Below are positions 8,379 to 17,253 of a stretch of DNA of 30,799 nt, in pieces. Made by a program: the position numbers and the translations under genes. The notes below the pieces were generated by a model that worked only from the letters and a program-made list of their open reading frames with translations, was not told where the DNA came from and did no database searches. The DNA is taken from the NCBI GenBank assembly GCA_963815215.1, contig CAWFFU010000007.1:1-30799 (forward strand), written 5' to 3'. Positions within the stretch are counted from its first letter, which is position 1, and every line of letters starts with the position of its first letter. This DNA is from an uncultured Trueperaceae bacterium (lineage in GTDB: Bacteria > Deinococcota > Deinococci > Deinococcales > Trueperaceae).

Positions 8379-9514
8379 GGCGCCACCCCCAGCACCTCGA
8401 GGTAGCGCCGGGCCACGGCCGCCTGGTCGTAGCGCCGGTACCACTCGGGAGGCGGCTCGCGCCGCGGCGCGGCCAGCGCCGCCACGATGGCGTCGGCCAT
8501 GGCCGCGTCGTCGCCGACGGCCACCAGCGCGCCCAGCCGGCCGCCGTCGAGGATCTCGTCCGGTCCGCTGGGGCAATCGGTCGCCACCACCGGCGTCCCC
8601 AGCGACAGCGCCTGGATGAGCACGTTGGGTAGCCCTTCGAAGGCCGACGACAGCACGAAGGCGCCGGCACGCGCCATGTAGGGGAAGGGGTTCGTCACGA
8701 AGCCGGGCAGTTGCGCCTCCTCGGACACCCCCAGCTCCCGCGCCAGGGCCTCGAGCCGGCCGCGCTCGTCGCCCTCGCCGAGGATGACCAGGCGGCAGTC
8801 GGTCCGCCGGCGGGCGCGCGCGAACGCCCGCAGCAGGGTGTCGAAGCGCTTCTGGGGGGCCAGCCGGCCCGTGCCCACCACGACCGGCGGCTGGCCGGCA
8901 GCGAACCAGGGGTGGTCGAGCGGCTCCTCGGCGCCGCGCCGGACGCGCGCGGTCAGCACCGGGTTGTGGATGACGTGGACGCGCTCGGGGGGCACGCCCA
9001 GCGCCCCGGTGAGATCGCGCGAGACCCCGGTCGACACGGCGACCAGTGCGTCGGCGCCGGGGTAGGCCCAGCGCATGGCGCGGAACAGGATGCGGTCCGC
9101 CGCCGAGCCGCCGCGCAGCTCCCGGGAGGCGGTGTTGGCCTCGCGCACCACCACCCGCACGCCGGGCGCCAGCCGCCGCACCACCAGCGCCAGCACGTTG
9201 GCGTGCTCGAGCGTGCTGAGCAGCGACCGCGGGCGTACGCGCCGCAGGTAGGCGGCCAGCGGCAGCAGGCTGGTGGCCACCCGCGAGCGCCTGAGGTCGA
9301 CGACCCGCACCCCTTCCGGGACCTCGCCGAGGTAGGCGCCGCGCCGGCTGGCCAGCACCAGATCGACGACGCGGCCGTCGTCCACGAAGGCGGACGCCAG
9401 GTCGAGCATCACCCGTTCGGCGCCGCCGCCGTCGAGGGTCGGCAGGAACAGCGCGACGTCGACACGGCGCGCGCCCGCAGCGGGCGCGCGGGCCGTCGCT
9501 GCGGCCGTCACCAC
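8375..9514 (-). CDS. Glycosyltransferase family 4
   Basis: GGGAERV, GRLAPQK, NPFPYM, SAFEGLPNVLIQAL, TDCPSGPDEIL. Start is GTG 9514 or 9511. Confidence 0.93.
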   Translation of the reverse strand: MVTAAATARAPAAGARRVDVALFLPTLDGGGAERVMLDLASAFVDDGRVVDLVLASRRGAYLGEVPEGVRVVDLRRSRVATSLLPLAAYLRRVRPRSLLSTLEHANVLALVVRRLAPGVRVVVREANTASRELRGGSAADRILFRAMRWAYPGADALVAVSTGVSRDLTGALGVPPERVHVIHNPVLTARVRRGAEEPLDHPWFAAGQPPVVVGTGRLAPQKRFDTLLRAFARARRRTDCRLVILGEGDERGRLEALARELGVSEEAQLPGFVTNPFPYMARAGAFVLSSAFEGLPNVLIQALSLGTPVVATDCPSGPDEILDGGRLGALVAVGDDAAMADAIVAALAAPRREPPPEWYRRYDQAAVARRYLEVLGVAP

Positions 9515-10698
9515 GCCCCCGGCAGAAGGTCCAGGTGCGCGTCCCAGAAGGCCTTGACGGCGCTCGCCATGCCGAACTCCGCGCGCGCGCGCTGCTGCAG
9601 CGCGCCCCCCATGGCGGCCCGCGCGTCCGCTCCCAGCGCCGTCATGCGCGCCAGCGCGGCGCCCAGCGCGCGGGCGTCGCCCGGCTCGACCAGCAGGCCG
9701 TGCTCGCCCAGCAGGAAGGGGACATCGGACACCCGCGTGGCCACCGCCGGCCGTCCCATCGCCATCGCCTCCAGGATGACGTTGGGAAGCCCCTCGGTGT
9801 TCGAGGTGAGCACCAGGAAGTCGATACCGGCTAGGAACTCCGGGGTGTCGCCGACCACGCCCAGCAGCCGGCAGCGCTCGCGCAGCCAGGGGTCGGCCTC
9901 GATGCGGCGCTCGAGCTCGGGCCGGAGCTCGCCGTCGCCGGCCATGACCACGTAGTCGGGCCGCTCGTCCGCCGGGACGGCCAGCAGCCCGTCGAGCAGC
10001 AGCTGCGGCCGTTTGACGGCGCGGAACATTCCCAGGAAGCCCGCCACCACCGCGTCGTCGGGGATCGACCAGGCGCGGCGCAGGGAGCGGACGCGCCCGG
10101 GGTCGAAGCGGCCGGGGTCGAAGCGCTCGAGGTCGACGCCGTTGCGGACCACCCGGATCTTGCGCGCCGGCACGCCCTGCCGTTCCAGCCGGGCGGCGAT
10201 GGCCGTGGCGTTGGGCAGGAAGCGGTCGGTCATCAGGTTCACCAGCGGCGTCATGGCGCGCTGCACGGGCGTGAGGTAGGGATCGAGCGACAGGTCCGAG
10301 TGCATCACCCTGGGGACCCCGGCGAGTCGCGCGGCGAAGCGGCCCCAGGTGCCCGTCGAGCCCGACAGGAAGGTGTGCACCAGCGCCGGCCGGAGTCGCC
10401 GGAAGGTGCGCACGAGCGCCGTCAGGAAGCTGAAGAACCCGGTCTGGGAGCGGTCGACGACGGTGACAGGGACGCCCAGCGCCGCCAGGCGCGCCTCGAT
10501 GAGCGGGCTGCGCATCGACGTCACCACCAGCAGGTCGAGCCGCACCCGGCGCAGCGCCGACGGGTCGGCCTCCAGGATCGACGTGAGCTGCGCCTCGGCG
10601 CCGCCCATGACGAGGGAGCCCAGCACCAGCACCACCCCGGGCGCCGGCGCCGTGCCGGCCGCTGTGTCGGTTGCTGGGCCGGTCGCTGGGTCGGTCAT
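9508..10698 (-). CDS. Glycosyltransferase family 4
   Basis: GGAEAQL, NGVDLERF, SNTEGLPNVILEAMAMG. The true start is ATG 10698 (ATGA overlap with the wzy stop), inside the longer ORF 9508..11691. Confidence 0.92.
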   Translation of the reverse strand: MTDPATGPATDTAAGTAPAPGVVLVLGSLVMGGAEAQLTSILEADPSALRRVRLDLLVVTSMRSPLIEARLAALGVPVTVVDRSQTGFFSFLTALVRTFRRLRPALVHTFLSGSTGTWGRFAARLAGVPRVMHSDLSLDPYLTPVQRAMTPLVNLMTDRFLPNATAIAARLERQGVPARKIRVVRNGVDLERFDPGRFDPGRVRSLRRAWSIPDDAVVAGFLGMFRAVKRPQLLLDGLLAVPADERPDYVVMAGDGELRPELERRIEADPWLRERCRLLGVVGDTPEFLAGIDFLVLTSNTEGLPNVILEAMAMGRPAVATRVSDVPFLLGEHGLLVEPGDARALGAALARMTALGADARAAMGGALQQRARAEFGMASAVKAFWDAHLDLLPGAW

Positions 10699-12026
10699 CC
10701 GGTCGCCTCCGCGGGCCGGGCGGGCGGGGACGCCCGCTCGACTACGTACCCGGAAGCGATGACGAAGCCCAGCGCGGTCCAGTACATGAAGCCGTCGGGC
10801 GCGTTCACCGTGAGGTCGGCCGCCAGCAGGAAGGTGGTCAGCGCGACCATCACGTAGCCGTCGGGACCGCGGATGCGCAGCGCTCGCCACAGCAGCAGCA
10901 GGTGCATGAGCACGAACGCGCCCAGACCCACCAGCCCGAACTCGTAGAGCATCTCCAGGTAGGCGTTGTGGGTGGACGTGAGGACCACGAAGTTGCTGCG
11001 CACCAGGGGACGGCTGCTGTCGAAGCCGTGGCCGAGCAGGACCTCGACCGGGGAGCCCTTGGTGGCGGCGCTCAGCGTCACCTCCCAGATCGGCACGCGG
11101 CTCCCTGCCGACGCCACGCGGTCGCTGTGGAAGCGCGTGAAGAGCTCCTGCCCGCCCGGCAGCAGGAAGCCGGCGGACGCCACCGTGAGGAGCGCCACCA
11201 GGAACAGCGCCTTGCGCCGGTCGTCGCGCGCTGCGCGCAGCGTCAGCGCCAGCATCGCGATGCTCAGCGAGATGGCCATGCCGCGCGAGGCCAGCAGCAA
11301 CATGGCGTAGAGCATGGCGCCGAACAGCAGCAGCACGCCCGTGAAGCGCACGGCGCTGCCGCGGCGCGCGATCCAGTGCATCAGGTAGGCGCCGGCGGTG
11401 ACGGCTCCCAGCCCGATGAAGAAGGCGACGGCGTTCTGGTCGAGATGGATGTCGGCCCGGTACCCGAAGCCGCCGCGGGCCGCGCTGGCGATGATCCAGC
11501 CCGACACCAGCAGGGACGCCACGCCCGCCAGCGCCGCCACCAGCCTCAGGCCCGTCTTCGAGACGAACTGCAGCGGGACGAGGGCGCCGAAGGCGTAGGC
11601 CAGCAGCCGCTTGAGCACCTGGAAGTCGACGGTGCCGGTGAAGCCGAGCAGCGACACCAGCACCACCAGCATCAGCACCAGGTAGGACCACACCACCGCG
11701 GGCGCCGTCTGCACGCCGTGCCGCACCGTCCGGACCAGGACGGTCAGGAAGAACACGGCGTAGAAGGGGTAGAACAGGCCGTCGATCTGGGCGCCGGCGA
11801 ACGCCGAGTAGTAGGCGCCGAACGCGACCCAGAAGAGCCCCACCGCGATGGCGGAGCGGGCGGGCGCGCGCACGAACGCGTAGGCGGCGGCCAGTGCGCC
11901 GGCTCCGGCGAACAGCAGCGGTACCGGGGTCAGCGCGGCCGCGCCGAGCAGCACGCCCGCCACCAGCCCCAGTCCCCAGCGGCGCGCGGTGGTGCGGCCG
12001 TCGTTCTCGCGGATCGAGCTCACCAC
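10695..12026 (-). CDS. wzy: O-antigen polymerase/ligase family membrane protein (Wzy-like)
   Basis: Many hydrophobic segments, ASRG, GSRVPIW, LLGHGF and the THNAYLEMLYEFGLVG Wzy_C-like motif. Confidence 0.85.
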   Translation of the reverse strand: MVSSIRENDGRTTARRWGLGLVAGVLLGAAALTPVPLLFAGAGALAAAYAFVRAPARSAIAVGLFWVAFGAYYSAFAGAQIDGLFYPFYAVFFLTVLVRTVRHGVQTAPAVVWSYLVLMLVVLVSLLGFTGTVDFQVLKRLLAYAFGALVPLQFVSKTGLRLVAALAGVASLLVSGWIIASAARGGFGYRADIHLDQNAVAFFIGLGAVTAGAYLMHWIARRGSAVRFTGVLLLFGAMLYAMLLLASRGMAISLSIAMLALTLRAARDDRRKALFLVALLTVASAGFLLPGGQELFTRFHSDRVASAGSRVPIWEVTLSAATKGSPVEVLLGHGFDSSRPLVRSNFVVLTSTHNAYLEMLYEFGLVGLGAFVLMHLLLLWRALRIRGPDGYVMVALTTFLLAADLTVNAPDGFMYWTALGFVIASGYVVERASPPARPAEATG

Positions 12027-12068
12027 GATGTCACCACGGCGTCACCACGGCGTCACCACGGCGTCACC
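12020..12068. repeat. About 4.5 x 11-bp tandem repeat TCACCACGGCG spanning the GT2 stop to the wzy start
   Basis: Units at 12020 (variant), 12031, 12042, 12053 and 12064 (partial). Confidence 0.9.
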
Positions 12069-13074
12069 GCGCGTCCCGGTACAGGCGGTGGTAGGCGGCC
12101 CGCATCATCGGCGCCGGAGCCAGCAGCAGCGCCGCCACCTTGAGCGCGCGGGTGGAGCGGTGCGCGCCGTAGGCCTCGAGCACCGAGCGCCAGGCGACGC
12201 CGCGCGCGCCTCCCAGCGCCGCCCACTTGGCCCGCTCCAGCACCAGGTAGGCGTAGAAGTCGGGGCACACCGCCCGCATGTCGGCGCCCACGCGATCGAG
12301 CAGGGTGCCGTAGCCCCACATCTTGCGCAGGGCGCCGGCGGCGGTGAAGGCGGGGCGGTTGACCCGGTCGGTCCCCGACCGGTCGTAGATCCGGACCACG
12401 CGGTCGACGAGCAGCGCCGGTGCGCGCCGCATCATCGGCCACCACACCATCGCCTCGTTCCCGCCGGCGCGCTCCTCGAAGCGCAGGCCGCTCAGCCGGT
12501 CGCGGCGTACGAGCTGCCAGAACTCCCCGCGGAAGCGGCCGCACAGGGCGTCCTCGTAGGTGACGACCCCCGAGCGCAGCGTCGCGAAGCCGGTGGGCTC
12601 GCCGCTCTGCGCGTCGGCGCACCATCCGAAGACCTGCGACACGGGCTGCTCGCTGGCCTCGGCGGCGTCCACCAGCGCGCGCACGGCGCCGGGCTGGAGC
12701 GTGTCATCGCTGTCCAGGATGCCGAAATAGCGGCAGCTCTCGGGCAGGGCCTCGAGGCCGGTGTTCTTGGCGGCCATCACGCCGCCGTTGCGCTCGCGCA
12801 CCAGGATCGTGACCCTGGGGTCGTCCCGGTAACGGTCCAACACGGCTGTGGTGGCGTCGGTGGAGCCGTCGTCCACCACCACGAGGCGGAGGTCGGCATA
12901 GTCCTGCGCCAGGGCGCTGTCGATGGCGGCGCCGAGCGTCGGCGCGCGGTTGAAGGTGGGCACGATGATGACGACGCTCGGTGCCCCGACCACGGGCGCC
13001 GGCTTCGCGGAGTGGGGGCGGGTGGTGGCATCCATCGCAGGCAGAACGTCGTCCCCTCGCGCGCAGGCGCTCAT
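12064..13074 (-). CDS. Glycosyltransferase family 2
   Basis: IIVPTFNR, VVVDDGSTD, NGGVMAAKNTGL, ILDSDD (DxD). ATGA overlap with wzx. Confidence 0.93.
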   Translation of the reverse strand: MSACARGDDVLPAMDATTRPHSAKPAPVVGAPSVVIIVPTFNRAPTLGAAIDSALAQDYADLRLVVVDDGSTDATTAVLDRYRDDPRVTILVRERNGGVMAAKNTGLEALPESCRYFGILDSDDTLQPGAVRALVDAAEASEQPVSQVFGWCADAQSGEPTGFATLRSGVVTYEDALCGRFRGEFWQLVRRDRLSGLRFEERAGGNEAMVWWPMMRRAPALLVDRVVRIYDRSGTDRVNRPAFTAAGALRKMWGYGTLLDRVGADMRAVCPDFYAYLVLERAKWAALGGARGVAWRSVLEAYGAHRSTRALKVAALLLAPAPMMRAAYHRLYRDAR

Positions 13075-14507
13075 GTCGCTACGCCCGGGCTGGTCCCATC
13101 ATGGTCGATGCGGACCAGCGCAACAAGGGCGCCGGTCGCATACACCACGACGAACGCCGCCGCGCCGACGATCTCGAAGCGGGAGAGCGCCAGGGAGGCG
13201 CCCCAGGCGGCGCCGGCCAGCCCGGCTGCCAGCAGCAGGGGCCGCGCCGCGATGCGCACCAGCGAGCGGTCGCGCACCACGTAGTACACGGCGGTGTTGA
13301 ACGACTGGTTCACGAGCGTGGCCACGGCGGCGCCCTGCATGCCGTAGGGCGGGATCAGCACGAAGTTGAGGCCTACGTTGATGGCGGCGCCCACCAGGGT
13401 GATGGCGGAGAGCCGGCCGAAGGTCTTGTTGAGCTCGAACTGGCGGTTGACGTACGAGCCGAAGCCGCCGATCCACATGGAGGCCGCGATGATGGGGACC
13501 ACGACCGCGGCCTGCTGGTACTCGGGCCCGGCGATCCAGCGCACCAGCAGGCGGCCGTACACGATCAGGAACAGCGCCGGACCGACCGTGATCCAGATGT
13601 ACATGCGCTGCGCCTGGCCGATGGCGGCACGGGCGGCCTCCGGCCCGCCGTCGCGCCAGGCGTTGAGGATGTTGGGCCAGGCCACCATGAACACGGCCTG
13701 CACCAGGCTGCCCAGCAGGCGCTCGCCGACGGCGTAGCCGACGCTGTAGATGCCGACGGTGGCGGCGCCGTTGTAGAAGGCCAGCACCAGCCGGTCGGCG
13801 AGCCGCTCGAGCCAGCCCGACACCGAGAACGGCAGCGACGTCGGCCCCGAGCGCAGCAGCTCCCGCGTGCCGCGCGCGTCGAACCAGCGCCGGCCGAGCA
13901 GGTCCCGCCACAGCGCCGGGACGGCGTAGCCCGTGCCGATCAGGAACGCCAGACCGTTGCCTATGAACAGCAGCTCGGCGCTGGCGAAACCCAGCAGCAG
14001 GCCGGCGGTCGTCGCGCCGAAGCGGATCAGCCCCGAGCCGATCTCGGCCACCGCGAACGGTGCCGCGCGCTGCTCGGCGCGCAGCAGCGTGACCGTGTAG
14101 GCGTACTGGTTGCCGACGAGCTGGGCCGCGCCGGCCCACAGCATGACGCCGAGCGGCGCGATCTCGACCGACACGAGCCGAAGCCCCAGGATCGCCACCC
14201 CGTAGGTGACGGTGAACATCAGCCCCTGGAGGGTCGAGGTCCCCACGAAGAAGCCGCGGGTCGTCTCGCGCTGGCGCGCGTCGACGTAGAGCCGCAATCC
14301 GACGTTCCGGATCCAGGCCGCGGACCCGATGGAGACGAGGCTGGACGTCACCAGCGCCAGCGAGTACTGGCCGTACGCCGCCGGCGTGAGGTAGCGCGTG
14401 ACCAGCGGTAGCAGGAAGAACGCGACACCCTGGCCGAGCGCCACGGTGAGGAAGTACAGGAAGCTCTGTCGGACGTTGGCGTTCATGCGGGAGAGCGGAT
14501 TGCGCAT
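13071..14507 (-). CDS. wzx: Wzx oligosaccharide flippase (MOP superfamily)
   Basis: LLPLVTRYLTPAAYG, ADRLVL, VGIYSVGY, NIGL-like INVGLNFVLIPPYGMQGAAVATL; roughly 12-14 hydrophobic segments. Confidence 0.92.
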   Translation of the reverse strand: MRNPLSRMNANVRQSFLYFLTVALGQGVAFFLLPLVTRYLTPAAYGQYSLALVTSSLVSIGSAAWIRNVGLRLYVDARQRETTRGFFVGTSTLQGLMFTVTYGVAILGLRLVSVEIAPLGVMLWAGAAQLVGNQYAYTVTLLRAEQRAAPFAVAEIGSGLIRFGATTAGLLLGFASAELLFIGNGLAFLIGTGYAVPALWRDLLGRRWFDARGTRELLRSGPTSLPFSVSGWLERLADRLVLAFYNGAATVGIYSVGYAVGERLLGSLVQAVFMVAWPNILNAWRDGGPEAARAAIGQAQRMYIWITVGPALFLIVYGRLLVRWIAGPEYQQAAVVVPIIAASMWIGGFGSYVNRQFELNKTFGRLSAITLVGAAINVGLNFVLIPPYGMQGAAVATLVNQSFNTAVYYVVRDRSLVRIAARPLLLAAGLAGAAWGASLALSRFEIVGAAAFVVVYATGALVALVRIDHDGTSPGVAT

Positions 14508-14623
14508 CCGGCGTCACCATACCCTCCGCCGAACGCGGCCCCGACGGAGACTGTCACGGCCCCAAAGGCGAGCGCGGCGGGAGCCATCAGGCTCCCGCCG
14601 CGCGCCGAGTCCGCGGACCGGGC

Positions 14624-16483
14624 CTAGTGGTTCTTGACGTCCTGCATGGACAGGCCGTCGAACTGCGAGGCGATGGTGCTCCCGAGCTCGAGGGCTCCCA
14701 GGTCGGGCGCCGAACCGCTGTACGGCAGCCCGATATCGGTGCCGGCATCGATCGCCGGGCTGCCGGAGTTGAGCGCCATGAAGCTGGCGTTGGTGGGGTC
14801 GGTACTGGCGAAGGAGGGGTTGCTGATGCCGAGCTGCCACGAGTTGTGGCTGGTCGTGTTGCCGGTGCCGTAGGTGCTCCACGGCCCGTTGCTGTTGTCG
14901 TAGGCGAGGTTGTTGACCGCCGTGCCGTCCTGCAGCACGAAGCCGATGCCGTGGTTGGCGTAGGCCGTGTCGTTCTGGAAGGTCACACCCGGGCTGCTGT
15001 TGTAGTCGAAGCCGCTGGCCTTGTTGCCGAAGGAGATCGTGTCCCGGACGATGGTGTGGCCCGTGACGTTGTTGCCGCCGGCCTTGATGCCGTTGCCGTC
15101 ACCACCCTGGAAGCCGTTGTGGTAGCTGATGCAGCGACTGACCAGGCTGTGCGTCGTCATCCACACGTCGACCCCGTCGTCGGAGTTGTCGAAGGTGACG
15201 CAGTCCTCGAGGCGATTGCTGTCGCCCGAGTGGACGCTGATGCCGTCGGCGTTGCCTCCGTTGGGCGCGTCGTAGTTGTTGTAGGCGATGAAGTGCGTGA
15301 ACAGGTTGTTGTTACCGTTGATGACCATGATCCCGCTCAGGTAGTTGTCGTGCGTCGCGATGTTGGAGATCACGTTGTTGCTGGAGTTGTAGAGCAGCAC
15401 GCCCTCGCCGGGCGAGTTGCGGATCACGAAGTTGCGGAAGACGTTGTACTGCACGCCTTCGAGGCGAACGCGCTGGAGCGAGCTGAGGCCCGTGCCGTCG
15501 AGGGTGGCGCACTCACCGGGGTAGGACTCGTAGACGATCGGCGACGACGCCGTGCCCGAGGTATCGAAGGCCACGTTGGAGGAGTACACGCCGCCGCGCA
15601 CCCACACCACGTCGCCGGGGCCCGCGATGTTGGCCGCGGCCTGTAGCGTGCGCAAGGGGTGGGAGACATCCCGGCCGCTGTTGGAGTCGGAGCCGGTGGT
15701 GGAGACGTAGAGGGTCGGTTGGTAGGCCGGAGAGAGCGGAGCGCTGGGGCACACCCACTGGGCCGTTGCCGTAGGGGTAGGCGTCGGGGTCGGGGTCGGG
15801 GTCGGGGTCGTCATCTTCACGTCGGACAGATGCGCCTGAGTCACGGTGCCGGCCACGTGGCTGGTCACGGCGATGCCGACGTCGTCGGGCCCGGTGTACG
15901 GCAGCGTCACCGAGTCCGCTTCGGTCCAGGACGTGCCGTTGGTGCTGTAGTAACCGGTGACGGTGTTGTTGTGCCGCACGAGCCGGATCCACGCGGGCAC
16001 GCCGACGTTGTTGATCACGTGGGCTTGCGCAGCGCCACCGGTGGAATCACGCCAGATGAACTCCACGGCGCCGGCCGGGGTGACGTCCACCATGGCGTGG
16101 ATCGCGTCGGGCTGGAGCGAGTCGCGGACCATCAGGCCGGCCTTGGCCCAGGTGTGGGAGTCCTGGAGGGAATCCACGCGGGCCTGCAACTCGAGGTCGT
16201 TGCTGTTCTGGACGTACTCGAAGTGGAAGCTGTCGGACGTCCCGTAGATGTCCGCGCCGGAGCCGTCGACCAGGATGCTCTCGGCACCGTTCTTGACGCC
16301 CAGCACCGTCATGCTGCCCTTGGCCCCGACCGCGCCGATATCGGCGTTCCGCCAGGAGATCGTCTGTTGGGTCGTTCCGGGTCCGGGGACTCCGCTGTTG
16401 GTTACGTTCGAGCACGAGGCAAGGACCAGGATGATGCCAAGCAATAGCGCCACAAGCCCGATTCTAGCGTTCACACGACTCAT
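14624..16483 (-). CDS. Lipoprotein with a beta-sandwich (DUF1349/ConA-like) domain, Pro-Thr linker and right-handed beta-helix; PL9-like polysaccharide lyase
   Basis: GGAGG RBS before ATG 16483, lipobox VLASC, WAKAGLMVRDSL domain, (TP)n linker, YVSTTGSDSNSG and GPGDVVWVRGGVY, plus PL9-type motifs GNADG, NSDDGVD and GDGNGIKAGG. Confidence 0.8.
   Translation of the reverse strand: MSRVNARIGLVALLLGIILVLASCSNVTNSGVPGPGTTQQTISWRNADIGAVGAKGSMTVLGVKNGAESILVDGSGADIYGTSDSFHFEYVQNSNDLELQARVDSLQDSHTWAKAGLMVRDSLQPDAIHAMVDVTPAGAVEFIWRDSTGGAAQAHVINNVGVPAWIRLVRHNNTVTGYYSTNGTSWTEADSVTLPYTGPDDVGIAVTSHVAGTVTQAHLSDVKMTTPTPTPTPTPTPTATAQWVCPSAPLSPAYQPTLYVSTTGSDSNSGRDVSHPLRTLQAAANIAGPGDVVWVRGGVYSSNVAFDTSGTASSPIVYESYPGECATLDGTGLSSLQRVRLEGVQYNVFRNFVIRNSPGEGVLLYNSSNNVISNIATHDNYLSGIMVINGNNNLFTHFIAYNNYDAPNGGNADGISVHSGDSNRLEDCVTFDNSDDGVDVWMTTHSLVSRCISYHNGFQGGDGNGIKAGGNNVTGHTIVRDTISFGNKASGFDYNSSPGVTFQNDTAYANHGIGFVLQDGTAVNNLAYDNSNGPWSTYGTGNTTSHNSWQLGISNPSFASTDPTNASFMALNSGSPAIDAGTDIGLPYSGSAPDLGALELGSTIASQFDGLSMQDVKNH
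15770..15811 (-). repeat. Hexamer repeat encoding the Pro-Thr linker
   Basis: (GGGGTC)n and GGGGTA/GGCGTC variants encode TTPTPTPTPTPTPT. Confidence 0.9.
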
Positions 16484-16724
16484 TTCATTCCTCCCGATCG
16501 ACTCCGAGCGTTCCGGTCCGCGTGGACACAGGGTCCGCGCGACGCGATACTCGATGCCGATGTACACTCGTCACAGCCAGAACGGTGCGGAAGTGACACG
16601 CTCGCAGCATGGGGTAGTGTGCGCTCATCGGATTTGGACATGCGTCTCTCCCTATCCCGAGTGAGCGCCGACATGCTGTTCGCCGTCCCGAACGGGACTG
16701 GGCTTACGAGCCCGTGGGCACCCT

Positions 16725-16750
16725 CGCGTACAACAACCGCGTACAACAAC
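16725..16750. repeat. Perfect 13-bp tandem direct repeat CGCGTACAACAAC x2, upstream of the lyase gene
   Basis: Read directly at 16725-16737 and 16738-16750. Confidence 0.85.
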
Positions 16751-17185
16751 GAGGCCGTCGGGGAAGACGTGATTCGGGAAGGAACGGCACCTTGGCGTAG
16801 TGAATGGTGTCTGTCGATGGCTGGCATCTTCACCTGCGCCCTCATCGGTAGAGCGGCCACTTGGGGCCGTCTCGAGAAGGACCATAATCGGGCTCGGTGT
16901 GAAGTGCATTAGCGGATATCACTTGTGCCTTCAGGGGGACGCTTGTCCCTGGCCGCGACGGCCGGACCGTGCCTTACGGGGCGCGCTCCGGCCGCTCGCG
17001 TCGGTGCCGCGAATCCGGCGGCCGGGGCGCACCCCGACGCGGCGGCCCGCCGGCCGCGGCGGCGCGCCGTCCGCGGGTCGGGTGCGTCCTGGAGGGCCCC
17101 AACACATTAGCGTTCGATGAAGACACGGCGGGATCGGCGGCCGGCCCCGTCGCGCTCGCGCGCGGACCCCGGAAGCCGGGGCCGC

Positions 17186-17229
17186 CCACGGCAACGGGCC
17201 GCACCCGAAGGTGCGGCCCGTTGCCGTGG
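17186..17229 (-). terminator. Perfect 20-bp hairpin downstream of the surface-protein gene (terminator or stabiliser)
   Basis: CCACGGCAACGGGCCGCACC-CGAA-GGTGCGGCCCGTTGCCGTGG gives a cUUCGg loop on the minus strand. No U-tract. Confidence 0.65.
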
Positions 17230-17253
17230 TGCGCTCGCGATGAGCGGGTCAGC

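Noticed and set aside
9508..11691. 727-aa GT4 with a long N-terminal extension (similar extensions to 7266 and 8576)
   Set aside because: The extensions overlap upstream genes in another frame. The true starts are at the ATGA/GTGA overlaps (10698, 8378, 7134).
12020..12068. Short repeat arrays (also 19-63 and 27824-27910) as CRISPR
   Set aside because: The units are 11-15 bp, directly adjacent with no unique spacers, and no cas genes are present.
16480..17204. Short ORFs between the two lipoprotein genes
   Set aside because: No convincing RBS, codon bias or motifs; the region looks regulatory.
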